Positions 17,683-26,930 are shown, counted from the stretch's first letter. The stretch is 64,000 bases of DNA from an uncultured Gammaproteobacteria bacterium (GCA_964459725.1 CAYWNT010000007.1:7843-71842); one strand, 5' to 3'. Made by a program: numbers and translations. Notes: generated from the sequence alone by a model not told the origin.

Positions 17683-18867
17683 ATGGATAAATATAAGCAC
17701 GATCATCATTTTCATTTAACAGAATTTATACACAACGATTTTAATGAATTAATTATTTCAAACACCTTCAGAACCTTTGCCCTTAGCTTGATTTCTTTAT
17801 TTTTACCTATTTATTTATATGAATTAGGTTTTAGTATTATACAGATTTTTTGGCTTGAAGTTTGCATGCTTTCAGCTTCACTTATTCTGCATTATTTTAT
17901 TTTTCGGGTAATCAGTAAGTGGGGTATAAAAAAGACTTTGGTGTTTAGTTATATGGCCACCATAATTTTTTATGGAATTTTATATAATTCCCAAGCTATA
18001 ATTGACCGAGGTGGGGGAGTTTATTTTTTAATATTCATGGGAATAGTAAATGTGTCATTTACTACAATGTACTGGGTTTCGCGTCATTTGTATTTTATAA
18101 AATCAACCAAGAAGGAAAATTCAGGAAAGAGATTTAGTGTCCTGACCGCTGTACCTCTTTTTATAGGGATAATCAGTCCTTTTGTTGGAGGACTCCTCAT
18201 TACAAAATTTAGTTTCCAATTCTCATTTTTAGTATCAATCAGTCTGATGATTCTGGGTTCTATAGTTTTGTTTTCTACCAAAGAAATAGAAGTCACAAAT
18301 GACAACAGAATTAATTGTAAGAAATTTATTGTTGGAAAAAATTACAAGCTGAACCTAATGTATTTTATTGATGGGGTAGCTATTGTTGGAACAGGATTTA
18401 TTTGGCCGTTGATGTTGTATTTACTAAAAATCACATTAGTTTCCATGGGACTTCTTTATTCATTTAGTCATTTAATATATTCGGTCTTAAGCATCTATGT
18501 GGGAAGGATTGTAGATAAGAATGGATCAAGCAAAATTTTGAAAATTAGCACAGTGGGTCATGGGCTTTCTGTTATCTTTCGAGCGTTTTCAAAAACCTTG
18601 GTTTTGATTACTGGCTTTCAATCCATGGGAGCCTTTTTCGGCGCGCTATGGAACATTTCTTTTAAGTCAACGTTCTACAGAGACTCACATGATGATCCAA
18701 TAAATAGCATTATGAACATGGAGGTCTATCAACATTTTGGAAGAATTTCTGTTTTCTTGCTTTTGTTAATACTTAGCTGTTTTTATTCTGTTTTGACAAG
18801 TTTTGTTATAGTCTTGGTGGTTGTGGGCACAGTTACGTTTAGCTTTTCATTGCTAGTTACAAAATAA
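17683..18867 (+). CDS. polytopic membrane transporter, MFS-like
   Basis: 394 aa with about 10-12 predicted TM helices. No specific motif verified. Confidence 0.5.
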   Translation: MDKYKHDHHFHLTEFIHNDFNELIISNTFRTFALSLISLFLPIYLYELGFSIIQIFWLEVCMLSASLILHYFIFRVISKWGIKKTLVFSYMATIIFYGILYNSQAIIDRGGGVYFLIFMGIVNVSFTTMYWVSRHLYFIKSTKKENSGKRFSVLTAVPLFIGIISPFVGGLLITKFSFQFSFLVSISLMILGSIVLFSTKEIEVTNDNRINCKKFIVGKNYKLNLMYFIDGVAIVGTGFIWPLMLYLLKITLVSMGLLYSFSHLIYSVLSIYVGRIVDKNGSSKILKISTVGHGLSVIFRAFSKTLVLITGFQSMGAFFGALWNISFKSTFYRDSHDDPINSIMNMEVYQHFGRISVFLLLLILSCFYSVLTSFVIVLVVVGTVTFSFSLLVTK

Positions 18868-19071
18868 GAGGAATTTAGAAATTTTTTTGGCTATTGCTAA
18901 AAATTTTTGTTTTGTATATAATACAAATAGTTGAGAAATCATTTCTTAACTTTTTTGTTTGAATAAAAAAGTTAAGACATGAAACCTATATCATCGTGAG
19001 TGGAACAGAAGCGGGCCTGTCCCTGCCTACCGGCAGGCAGGCGCCGAAGCTCCATCTTCGATGGAGCATAG

Positions 19072-19143
19072 GCGGGTATGGTATAATGGCTATTACATCA
19101 CCTTGCCAAGGTGGAAATACGGGTCCGATTCCCGTTACCCGCT
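19072..19143 (+). tRNA. tRNA-Gly (anticodon GCC)
   Basis: gcgggtatggtataatggctattacatcaccTTGCCAAggtggaaatacgggtccgattcccgttacccgct. Discriminator U; no encoded CCA. Confidence 0.88.
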
Positions 19144-19421
19144 CAAAAATAAAGCAGTCCCGAATGGGGCTGTTTTATTTTTGATGTGTGGTGGCGGGTG
19201 AGGAATCGTGATGACCAGCAAGAAATAAAGATTAACTAAAAAATGAACAAAGAGACTATAAAATTTTTACGTATTTTATGAGTAGGTTTTTCGGGAATCG
19301 AATTAATTCCCGCCCGCCCCGCCTATGAACGAAGTGAATTTTGCGGGGTTACCCGCTCATATAAAGAACGTTTGAATAAACGTTCTTTTTTTGTTATGTT
19401 TTAGATATAAATTAATAAAAT

Positions 19422-20282
19422 ATGCCAGAGCTACCAGAGGTTGAAACAATTGTAAGTGATTTGAATAAGAAGATTGTCGGCCTTGAAATAAAAAGTGTTC
19501 AAATTCGCTTACCAAAAATCGTAAAAAATAAAGAAAAAAACTTTATTGAGTTTTTAGTTGGAAATAAATTTACTCGAGTGGGTCGAAGAGGCAAACTTGT
19601 TATTTTTTATTTTCGTGATCTGAATAAATATTTATTGGTTCATCTGAAAATGACCGGGCAGTTGATTTATAAAAATAGAAATAAGATCATTGCCGGCGGT
19701 CATAGTCAGGAGAAAACCCTGGACGATTTACCGAATAAATATACTCATGTAATTATTACTTTTAGAAATGGCGTAGAACTTCTTTATAATGATGTGCGAC
19801 AGTTTGGTTATTTGAAGCTGGTAGATAAAAAGGAGCTTGATAAAATTTTTAAAAAATTTGGTCAGGAGCCTCTTGGGGAAGAATTTACTTTATTAAGTTT
19901 TAAAAAAATAATAAAGAGACGAAAAAAGAACATCAAAGCCCTCCTATTTGATCAATCATTGGTTGCTGGAATAGGAAATATTTATGCTGATGAAATTTTG
20001 TTTGCTTCCGGCGTGGATCCTAGAAGGGGGGTCGACACTCTAAGCGACGGAGAAGTTAAAAAGATATATTCAAATACGAAAAAGATTTTGAAAAAAGCAA
20101 TTAAATATCGAGGTACGACTTTCAACGACTATCGCGATGCAGAAGGTAACAAGGGGGGATTTGTTGAGATGCTAAAAGTCTATGGCCGAGATGGAGAAAA
20201 ATGCTTCAAGTGTAAAAAAGAGATAAAGAAAATAAAAGTTGCCGGGAGGGGAACCAGGTATTGCGAGAAATGTCAGAAATAA
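19422..20282 (+). CDS. mutM: formamidopyrimidine-DNA glycosylase
   Basis: 286 aa. N-terminal MPELPEVE, H2TH region, C-terminal CFKC..CEKC zinc finger. Confidence 0.93.
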   Translation: MPELPEVETIVSDLNKKIVGLEIKSVQIRLPKIVKNKEKNFIEFLVGNKFTRVGRRGKLVIFYFRDLNKYLLVHLKMTGQLIYKNRNKIIAGGHSQEKTLDDLPNKYTHVIITFRNGVELLYNDVRQFGYLKLVDKKELDKIFKKFGQEPLGEEFTLLSFKKIIKRRKKNIKALLFDQSLVAGIGNIYADEILFASGVDPRRGVDTLSDGEVKKIYSNTKKILKKAIKYRGTTFNDYRDAEGNKGGFVEMLKVYGRDGEKCFKCKKEIKKIKVAGRGTRYCEKCQK

Positions 20283-20320
20283 AAAAAACCGCGAATTTTG
20301 AAAATCAAAGTTCGCGGTTT
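20281..20320. terminator. bidirectional terminator between mutM and the convergent small gene
   Basis: Stem aaccgcgaa/ttcgcggtt flanked by A- and T-runs. Confidence 0.7.
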
Positions 20321-20362
20321 ATGCCTTTTGGCTTTGTGGAGATTTTAATGCTCCTTGTTCTT

Positions 20363-20599
20363 CTATTCGACTAATTCTTCTTCTTTTTGTCGCTTTGCTT
20401 CCCTTTTAACAAAGAGAAGAAGATAGACCGAAATAATGGCTATAAAAACTACTGCATAGATTAGAATTAGCATGCATACAGTTAGGACTGCCATCATTTT
20501 TGCCTCTGGGGTGGTGAAAACAGGCCAGTTATGATACACAATAGCTAGGAATGCTAAAAATGGTATTACGGCCAAGGTACCAAAAACATATTTTTTCAT
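20363..20599 (-). CDS. small two-TM membrane protein
   Basis: 78 aa with two hydrophobic helices and a charged tail. Confidence 0.5.
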   Translation of the reverse strand: MKKYVFGTLAVIPFLAFLAIVYHNWPVFTTPEAKMMAVLTVCMLILIYAVVFIAIISVYLLLFVKREAKRQKEEELVE

Positions 20600-20794
20600 A
20601 AAAACACTCCTTTTTTTGTATGTTTTAATGAGTAATGTTGTAAAATAATACTATTTAATATAGCATATACTTCAAAATAAGTCAAGTTTTTTATTGCTTT
20701 CTGCTCTTGACAAAAAGATAAATATTTGCTATGATAGATATTATTTAGTTTGTACATAAAATTTTTCAATTTATTCATACAAGGAGGAAGGAAC

Positions 20795-21292
20795 ATGAAA
20801 AAGAAACTGGCAGTTGTGTTTCTGATGATTTTGGCAGTTGTATTGTCAGTAGGTTCAGCGTCGGCCAAGATGGAGTTAGTGACTCCAGTTTATAAGGTCT
20901 ACAAAACCTTGGATTTTCCTCATGATATTAAAATTGTCATGATAAGTGTTGTGACAAGGGTAGACTATCTTCGAGGAAATGAGAAGGCGAGCGACTTTGA
21001 AAGAGCTCGTCAGCTCCACACCCTATTGGTCAGTGAATATAAAAAAACTGGCTGGAACGAGGAAGATTTCACTGTTGAGGATTTGGATGTTGGTAATGTA
21101 GAAATGGTGATTACCGAAGGCCTTTCTCTTAAGTGGGAGAAAACTCTCCGTATGAAGGTGTTTCTTTATATGTGTAAAAACCCTATGAAAAAATATCGCG
21201 GAGAAGATGTGAAGGAATTTTTCAAGAATAAAGTCGTGAGCAAGAGTGTAGAAGCTTTCACTCATGACTATCGTCTAATCCAGAAGCGCTAA
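20795..21292 (+). CDS. secreted hypothetical protein
   Basis: AAGGAGGAAGG SD before ATG 20795. Signal peptide MKKKLAVVFLMILAVVLSVGSASA. The track ORF is extended upstream to 20750. Confidence 0.65.
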   Translation: MKKKLAVVFLMILAVVLSVGSASAKMELVTPVYKVYKTLDFPHDIKIVMISVVTRVDYLRGNEKASDFERARQLHTLLVSEYKKTGWNEEDFTVEDLDVGNVEMVITEGLSLKWEKTLRMKVFLYMCKNPMKKYRGEDVKEFFKNKVVSKSVEAFTHDYRLIQKR

Positions 21293-21350
21293 AGCTCCTG
21301 GAAAACTCAACAATGGCGTGTTCGTACCAAACGAGCATGCCATTTTTTTC

Positions 21351-21379
21351 TTGACAAAATCCTCTACATCCCTTATACT
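21351..21379 (+). promoter_or_regulatory. sigma70-type promoter for tRNA-Glu
   Basis: TTGACA (21351-21356), 17-nt spacer, TATACT (21374-21379). Confidence 0.55.
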
Positions 21380-21448
21380 AACAATAGTCCTTTAGAAAGG
21401 GCTATTTATTTTTGCCACTTTAACAACAAAACAAGAAATAGAATAGAC

Positions 21449-21520
21449 GGTCCCTTCGTCTAGTGGTTAGGACACCAGGTTTTCATCCTGGTAACAGGGG
21501 TTCGATTCCCCTAGGGATCA
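21449..21520 (+). tRNA. tRNA-Glu (anticodon TTC)
   Basis: ggtcccttcgtctagtggttaggacaccaggTTTTCATcctggtaacaggggttcgattcccctagggatca. Confidence 0.9.
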
Positions 21521-21893
21521 CAAAGAAAGAAATCTCACGAAAGTGGGATTTTTTCTTTGTTATTTTTAGTAGGAGGAGAATCCCGATGATCAACTTTGTA
21601 AATATCCAAAAAACTTAAATATACACCTAATTATAATTAAAACAAACAACCAAAAAAGGCAGAGAGCCTCGATGATCAACTTTAAAATATCTATTAAACT
21701 AAAATATATATCTATTCACAATCAGAACAGATTACCAAAAAAGAAATGATCGAAAACGCCCTGGCTTTTCGATTTTTACCCCGATGAATATCGGGGCCCC
21801 CAGGGATCACAAATAAAAAACTTCTGACAATTCTTTGAATTATCAGAAGTTTGTTTAGTTGCGGTACTTTAGTTTTATTTCTAACCTAAATTA

Positions 21894-22052
21894 TTAATAC
21901 CGGTAATCATTTCTCCTGAATTGATTTTCCGCAGGAAGACGTTTGCTTACTGGATTAAAACCTCCACCGGGCGTATATACTTCACCTTTTTTGTTGGCCC
22001 GGTTGTGTCGCTTTCGAAGTTTTTTATTGTAGTTTGATTTACCAACGGGCAT
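21894..22052 (-). CDS. small basic protein (52 aa), below the ORF-track cutoff
   Basis: GGAGGAAGTG immediately upstream of ATG 22052. MPVGKSNYNKKLRKRHNRANKKGEVYTPGGGFNPVSKRLPAENQFRRNDYRY. Confidence 0.45.
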   Translation of the reverse strand: MPVGKSNYNKKLRKRHNRANKKGEVYTPGGGFNPVSKRLPAENQFRRNDYRY

Positions 22053-22216
22053 CACTTCCTCCTTGTGTAGAATTTTTCTTATTTACGTTTAACGTAAAGT
22101 TAACATGTAGAATTGATAATGTCAATTAGTACTGTATGGCAAAATAAAAAAGAAAAAAAAGCACAATCTTTAGACTGTGCTTTTTGTTAATTTTTTTGCT
22201 AGAAACAGGTTGCCTG

Positions 22217-23029
22217 CTAAAGTAGGCTCGCTACAGCTTCCGCAAGTTTATAAGGATCAATTTTCGAAGGGGTAGTTTCCGGGGATTTTCGTGTCCCCCT
22301 TGCCGCTAAAAAACCAAGGCGATGAAAAAACCATCCTTCTTCATGCTCAACCACCGCTCTGATTGCTTCATGGTCCATTCTTACTTCGACGTCGTCTCTC
22401 CTGACTACCCCCAGATTATTACCATCGATAAAGACGACTGCCTTTGCTCCCTTTTTTTCCATTAAAACGCCATTAGTCGCCATTTTTTTCGCATTTGTTA
22501 TAATGGCAACATCTCCATACCATTCAGCTGACTCAGCTTCTTCTTCGGCGGCAATTCTTGCTCGCCCGTTTTTCAGCATTCCATCAAAAATTTCAAACAT
22601 TTTAGCAGCTACCTTTTTGTCATTATAGGGATTCATGGACTGGAAAGCTCTCAAAATTGCGTTGATGCTTGTAAAGTTGAGAGTTTCCGCTACTTCATTG
22701 GTCGCACCTAACTCTCTGACAGCATTTCCTTTCCTGTCCTGAGCGTCAACAAAGAGCGATAACTTTTTTAATGCTTTTTGGTCTTGCTCATTGGCGTACT
22801 TATTGATCAGGTACTTAAAGCAAGAACAAATTTCTCCATTTTCGTTCTTACCTTTGATGCCATTGCCTCCAGCATCAATATCAAGGGCCACGTCATCATC
22901 ATTCATTGTTTCACCATCCCAATTGGCTGGAACGAATGAAAACTTTTCGTTCTTGTCTACAAATCTTATCCAGAACCACAATGAAGCAACCGCGTCCAAA
23001 TCAACATTCTGATGAGTGTAAATCATCAT
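22217..23029 (-). CDS. hypothetical protein with a weak DHH-like N-terminal motif
   Basis: 270 aa. IYTHQNVDLDAVAS and VALDIDAGG resemble DHH motifs I and II, but no DHH triad is seen. Has its own TTGACA/TAATAT promoter (23135-23140 / 23112-23117). Confidence 0.55.
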   Translation of the reverse strand: MMIYTHQNVDLDAVASLWFWIRFVDKNEKFSFVPANWDGETMNDDDVALDIDAGGNGIKGKNENGEICSCFKYLINKYANEQDQKALKKLSLFVDAQDRKGNAVRELGATNEVAETLNFTSINAILRAFQSMNPYNDKKVAAKMFEIFDGMLKNGRARIAAEEEAESAEWYGDVAIITNAKKMATNGVLMEKKGAKAVVFIDGNNLGVVRRDDVEVRMDHEAIRAVVEHEEGWFFHRLGFLAARGTRKSPETTPSKIDPYKLAEAVASLL

Positions 23030-23208
23030 ACCCTCCTGGTTTAATGGGTTTAACTTCGTGAAGAGAAATTTCTCTAAATGTTAAAACAAATTGTAAAAAA
23101 CATGATTTTTTATATTAACATAGAATATGATTTTTGTCAATAAAATTTTAATAAAAATCCCTCGCGAATGAATATCCGCGAGGGAGGTAATGGAGCTTTA
23201 GCTCCTTT

Positions 23209-23724
23209 TTATCTTTTTTGGAACTCAATTCTTTTATTGGTTCCGATGATTTCAAATCCATTCTTTGAATCTTCGGTGTACCCAAGAATTTTTGTTGGAT
23301 TTCGTGAATGTGTTCGATAAACATTTAAATGGATAAATGTTCTCGAATCGGGTAGGGTTTTTTTTATTACATAAACCGTGGCCACAATCTTTTTTCCAAA
23401 ATCCTCTTTTTTAATACCATAGTAGTGCACATTTAGACGAATTCCTGAAAAAGGTTTCCCACTTCTCCAGTATTCTTCAACAATTTCACCATTAGGCAGT
23501 AATCTTGTTGGAAAAAAAGTCATAGTAGGATTATCATTGTCAATCCTGACTGACACCAGCTCTTCAATATGAAGAGTCTCATATGTCGGTGACTCTTCGA
23601 TTTCAAAAGGCTTTGTGTTTTCTTTCTCTTTCTTTTTCTTGCCCTCTGTCTTTGGGACGAGCTCCAAAACTCTACCCAGACCTTGGAAACCTTTCAACCT
23701 GTAAGTTGCTTTATCCGTATTCAT
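23209..23724 (-). CDS. hypothetical protein
   Basis: AAGGGG SD before ATG 23724. The promoter (TTGACA 23801-23806, TATATT 23778-23783) overlaps the longer track ORF, so the internal start is favoured. Confidence 0.6.
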   Translation of the reverse strand: MNTDKATYRLKGFQGLGRVLELVPKTEGKKKKEKENTKPFEIEESPTYETLHIEELVSVRIDNDNPTMTFFPTRLLPNGEIVEEYWRSGKPFSGIRLNVHYYGIKKEDFGKKIVATVYVIKKTLPDSRTFIHLNVYRTHSRNPTKILGYTEDSKNGFEIIGTNKRIEFQKR

Positions 23725-23872
23725 AGTGATCACCCCTTGTTGTGGATTATAAAAAAAGCAAAATTGGTTAATATGTGAATATAGCATAAAAATAGATACT
23801 TGTCAATAGTAAGATTTTTCTAGTTTTTAAATAAAGAACTTTTGTATTATAATAGAAGTGTAAGAATTTATT

Positions 23873-24586
23873 ATGCAAAAAAAGAAAATATTTTTATTTT
23901 TATTTGTATTAATAGCGCTGGCTGGCCTGGTTTGTGTTTTTTGTTTTTTGAAAGACAAGAAAGAAGAAATCGAGGCTCCTATTCTTGGGGTGGAGAAAAC
24001 TTTTGATGAAATGGTTTTGGATTTTAATGCTGTTTACAAAAAAGCATTGATTTATACTAGTGAGGGGAAGCAAGAATCAGTAGCTGAAATAGAAAAGGCT
24101 CTAGCGCTCTGGCTAGAAGTGGAAAGAAAATTCTCTTCTGAATTGCCAAGGGAATATCAGAAGACTGAAAGCTGGGAAGATAAGCTCAATAATATTTCTG
24201 ATTTAGGAGGACGAGCCTTAAGCTTTGCCAAAGAAGGGGAGCTTGAGAAATCTTATAAAGAACTTGAGTCTATAAGACGTGCGTTAAAAAATATCAGATT
24301 GGAAAATGGAATTTCTAATATCAGTGATCTGTTTTTAGATTTGAATGATGTGATAATTGTTGTAGATGGTGCAGAAAGTAAAAGGGCAGCTCTAGAAAGC
24401 TTTGGAGGGCTGAAAATGATATTTACCAAACTAAAAGAGATAAAAAGGGATGAAAATTATCAGAAGGCACTAGAAGAAATTGGTGATATAATTAGTGGAA
24501 TGGAAAATTCAACAGAAAAGACATTTCCAAAGCATCAAAAGAAATTAAGACCGGCTTTTATTAAAATTTATTTAGACTTTGGTTAG
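23873..24586 (+). CDS. hypothetical N-terminally anchored helical protein
   Basis: 237 aa with an N-terminal TM (IFLFLFVLIALAGLVCVFCFL). Confidence 0.6.
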   Translation: MQKKKIFLFLFVLIALAGLVCVFCFLKDKKEEIEAPILGVEKTFDEMVLDFNAVYKKALIYTSEGKQESVAEIEKALALWLEVERKFSSELPREYQKTESWEDKLNNISDLGGRALSFAKEGELEKSYKELESIRRALKNIRLENGISNISDLFLDLNDVIIVVDGAESKRAALESFGGLKMIFTKLKEIKRDENYQKALEEIGDIISGMENSTEKTFPKHQKKLRPAFIKIYLDFG

Positions 24587-24786
24587 AGTATTTATCATCT
24601 TTTTGTTTTTTATTAGCAAAAATAAATGATAAATATTTTTTTATTTTTATTGGATCAATTGACTCGAAAGTGGTATAATGATATTATATTTCCAGTTGAT
24701 TCAATAATTAGATTTTATAAAATATCAATAATTATAAGTACAAAAAGTCAAATAGATTTAGCCAAACTACGAAGAAAAAAGATATC

Positions 24787-26133
24787 TTGAATATTGCAGC
24801 AACGATTTTGGTTTATTTCATACGATTGTTACTATTCATGAAAAAGGTTTTTCTTTTTCTTTTTTTTATTGTTTATCATCCAACGTACAAGATGCTCAGA
24901 TTCATCTTTTATAAGTTTGTGGTTAAGGGGTATAGTTATTATTTGATTGGTCTCAAAAAGATTGGGTGGCATAAGCTCAGAAAGAGTTATTTTAAATTTA
25001 TTTTTAATCAAAAATTAGTTCATCTTTTAGTCATAGTGCTAACCGTCTTGGCTATTTTTGTAAACCTAACATCAAAAACACTTGCAGATAACCATACTGA
25101 TAATATTCAGAAAACTATTTTGGCAGAGCTGATCGAGAGTGAGTTTGGGGAACTGGAAGAAGACGAGCAATTAATTATTGAAAGTTTTGATAAAGAGTCA
25201 ACCATATCTACAGTTCAGCAATCCTATCTGGATAATTTGTCGAGTTTCAGACCACAGCCGAAGGTGACCATAGGCGAAGACGGCGAAGAGATTGAAACAC
25301 AGCCTGCTATAACTCAGGAAGGATCAAGCATTGTGAGAAGAGACAGTGCAACTACTAGAATTTCAAAAAAGCCTAGAGAAAAAACAATTTCATACACAAT
25401 CCTGCCAGGCGACACCATAAGTACAATTGCTGAAGAATTTGAGATTAGTGTTAGCACAATTCTATGGGAAAATAACTTGAGTGCATATAGCATAATTAGG
25501 CCTGGAAAAAAACTCGATATTTTACCTGTTTCTGGAATAAGTCACACAGTCAAAAAGGGCGAGAACATCAGTTATGTTGCAAAGAAGTATAAAATTGATG
25601 AAGCAAAAATAATAGAGACTAATAAACTCGGTAAGTCTGCTAAGCTAGCTGTGAACCAAAAAATTATAATTCCGAATGGTAGAAAGATAACTCCAAAATA
25701 TGTTCCAAAAACTTATACTGGAATTGGAGCTATTAAGAATTTGGTCAAATCTCCTAGTGCGAAACCGGTGCTAGGTAATAAAATGAATTGGCCGACAGTA
25801 GGCAGAAGAATAACTCAGTATTATTCATGGAGACATCATGGACTAGACATCGCCAACAAGACAGGCACACCACTTTACGCTGCTGACTCCGGGACAGTTG
25901 AGATGGTTGGATGGGGCAGGGGTTACGGAAACCAGGTTGTTATTGATCATGGAGGTGGAAAGAAAACTAGATACGCTCATTGCTCGAAATTTTATGTAAG
26001 CAGGGGTGAAAAAGTAACCAAGGGACAAACCATTGCGGCCATGGGAAATACTGGTTGGTCGACTGGACCTCATATTCATTTCGAAGTTATAATAAATGGC
26101 AGAAAATATAACCCATTAAATTATATTAAATAA
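24787..26133 (+). CDS. LysM-domain M23 family metallopeptidase (start uncertain: TTG 24787 or ATG 24838)
   Basis: Two LysM repeats (YTILPGDTISTIA.., HTVKKGENISYVA..). M23 motifs HHGLDIA and GNTGWSTGPHIHFEV. Confidence 0.9.
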   Translation: MNIAATILVYFIRLLLFMKKVFLFLFFIVYHPTYKMLRFIFYKFVVKGYSYYLIGLKKIGWHKLRKSYFKFIFNQKLVHLLVIVLTVLAIFVNLTSKTLADNHTDNIQKTILAELIESEFGELEEDEQLIIESFDKESTISTVQQSYLDNLSSFRPQPKVTIGEDGEEIETQPAITQEGSSIVRRDSATTRISKKPREKTISYTILPGDTISTIAEEFEISVSTILWENNLSAYSIIRPGKKLDILPVSGISHTVKKGENISYVAKKYKIDEAKIIETNKLGKSAKLAVNQKIIIPNGRKITPKYVPKTYTGIGAIKNLVKSPSAKPVLGNKMNWPTVGRRITQYYSWRHHGLDIANKTGTPLYAADSGTVEMVGWGRGYGNQVVIDHGGGKKTRYAHCSKFYVSRGEKVTKGQTIAAMGNTGWSTGPHIHFEVIINGRKYNPLNYIK

Positions 26134-26154
26134 ATTTAGTTATAAAATAAAATT

Positions 26155-26412
26155 ATGATTCTAAGAATTTTACTTGGCATAGTAGTGGCTGGTGCCGGCT
26201 ATTTATTTGTAGCAAAAACAGAATGGTTTTTACGAAATTTTGGACGAATTGCCTTCTTTGACAAATATTTAGGGACAAGTGGCGGTTCAAGATTGGGTTA
26301 TAAATTGCTGGGTGTTTTTATTTTATTTATCGGTATAATGATCGCTACAGGTTCTATTGAAGGTTTTATAATGTGGGTTTTAGGTCCGTTGATTCGAGCT
26401 GGTGGTGTATAA
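26155..26412 (+). CDS. small membrane protein
   Basis: 85 aa with three hydrophobic segments. Confidence 0.5.
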   Translation: MILRILLGIVVAGAGYLFVAKTEWFLRNFGRIAFFDKYLGTSGGSRLGYKLLGVFILFIGIMIATGSIEGFIMWVLGPLIRAGGV

Positions 26413-26545
26413 ACAGAAAGGGTATTGCATTTTTTTTGAAAATGATATAATATCTATATCAGATGGCAAAAGCTGTCATTTTTTATTTTAAAATTTTGTT
26501 GAAGCTTGATGTGAGGGTTTACCCTCCGAAGCTTTAGCGAAGGAG

Positions 26546-26619
26546 GGGCCATTAGCTCAGTTGGCTAGAGCACCTGCTTTGCAAGCAGGGGGTCAAGAGT
26601 TCGAGTCTCTTATGGTCCA
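26546..26619 (+). tRNA. tRNA-Ala (anticodon TGC) with a G3:U70 identity pair
   Basis: gggccattagctcagttggctagagcacctgcTTTGCAAgcagggggtcaagagttcgagtctcttatggtcca. Confidence 0.9.
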
Positions 26620-26786
26620 CAAAATAAAGAGTCGCCTTTTCAGGCGATTTTTTGTTTGGTGCATAAGAGGCGAAGAACTCTTGAGGTGGTAGGAATAGAA
26701 ATAAAGAGTAAAAGTTGCTTGAAGAACCAAAACAAGAAGAATAAGAAAAACTAAGCCGATTGGAGTGTTGGGGCCTGCCCCAGTAA

Positions 26787-26837
26787 GAGTCTCTTATGGT
26801 CCACAAAATAAAGAGTCGCCTTTTCAGGCGATTTTTT
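26787..26837 (+). repeat. exact 51-bp copy of the tRNA-Ala 3' end plus its terminator (original at 26603-26653)
   Basis: gagtctcttatggtccacaaaataaagagtcgccttttcaggcgatttttt occurs twice, 184 bp apart. Confidence 0.9.
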
Positions 26838-26930
26838 ATTTTGGAAACAATATTGATCTTTTAAAAAAAATATGCTAATATAATAATACAACATTTTAAC
26901 CTATTTTTAATAATTTTCTAATCAAAAAAT

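Noticed and set aside
18996-19184. 62-aa plus-strand ORF.
   Set aside because: It is made up of the GC-rich hairpin leader and the tRNA-Gly gene itself. It has no SD and overlaps a confident tRNA.
19194-19359. Possibility of an intron-containing or split tRNA-Gly.
   Set aside because: The middle 120 nt is AT-rich with no D or anticodon arm, and it is too short and unstructured for a group I intron. Only the acceptor-like ends and a T-arm-like hairpin are tRNA-related.
20596-20868. 90-aa minus-strand ORF, and the upstream extension (20750) of the plus-strand gene.
   Set aside because: The region is the divergent promoter gap. The plus-strand gene has a clear SD and signal peptide starting at 20795.
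26552-26806. 84-aa minus-strand ORF.
   Set aside because: It runs antisense through tRNA-Ala and the duplicated 3'-end/terminator repeat, so it is an artefact of the non-coding repeat region.
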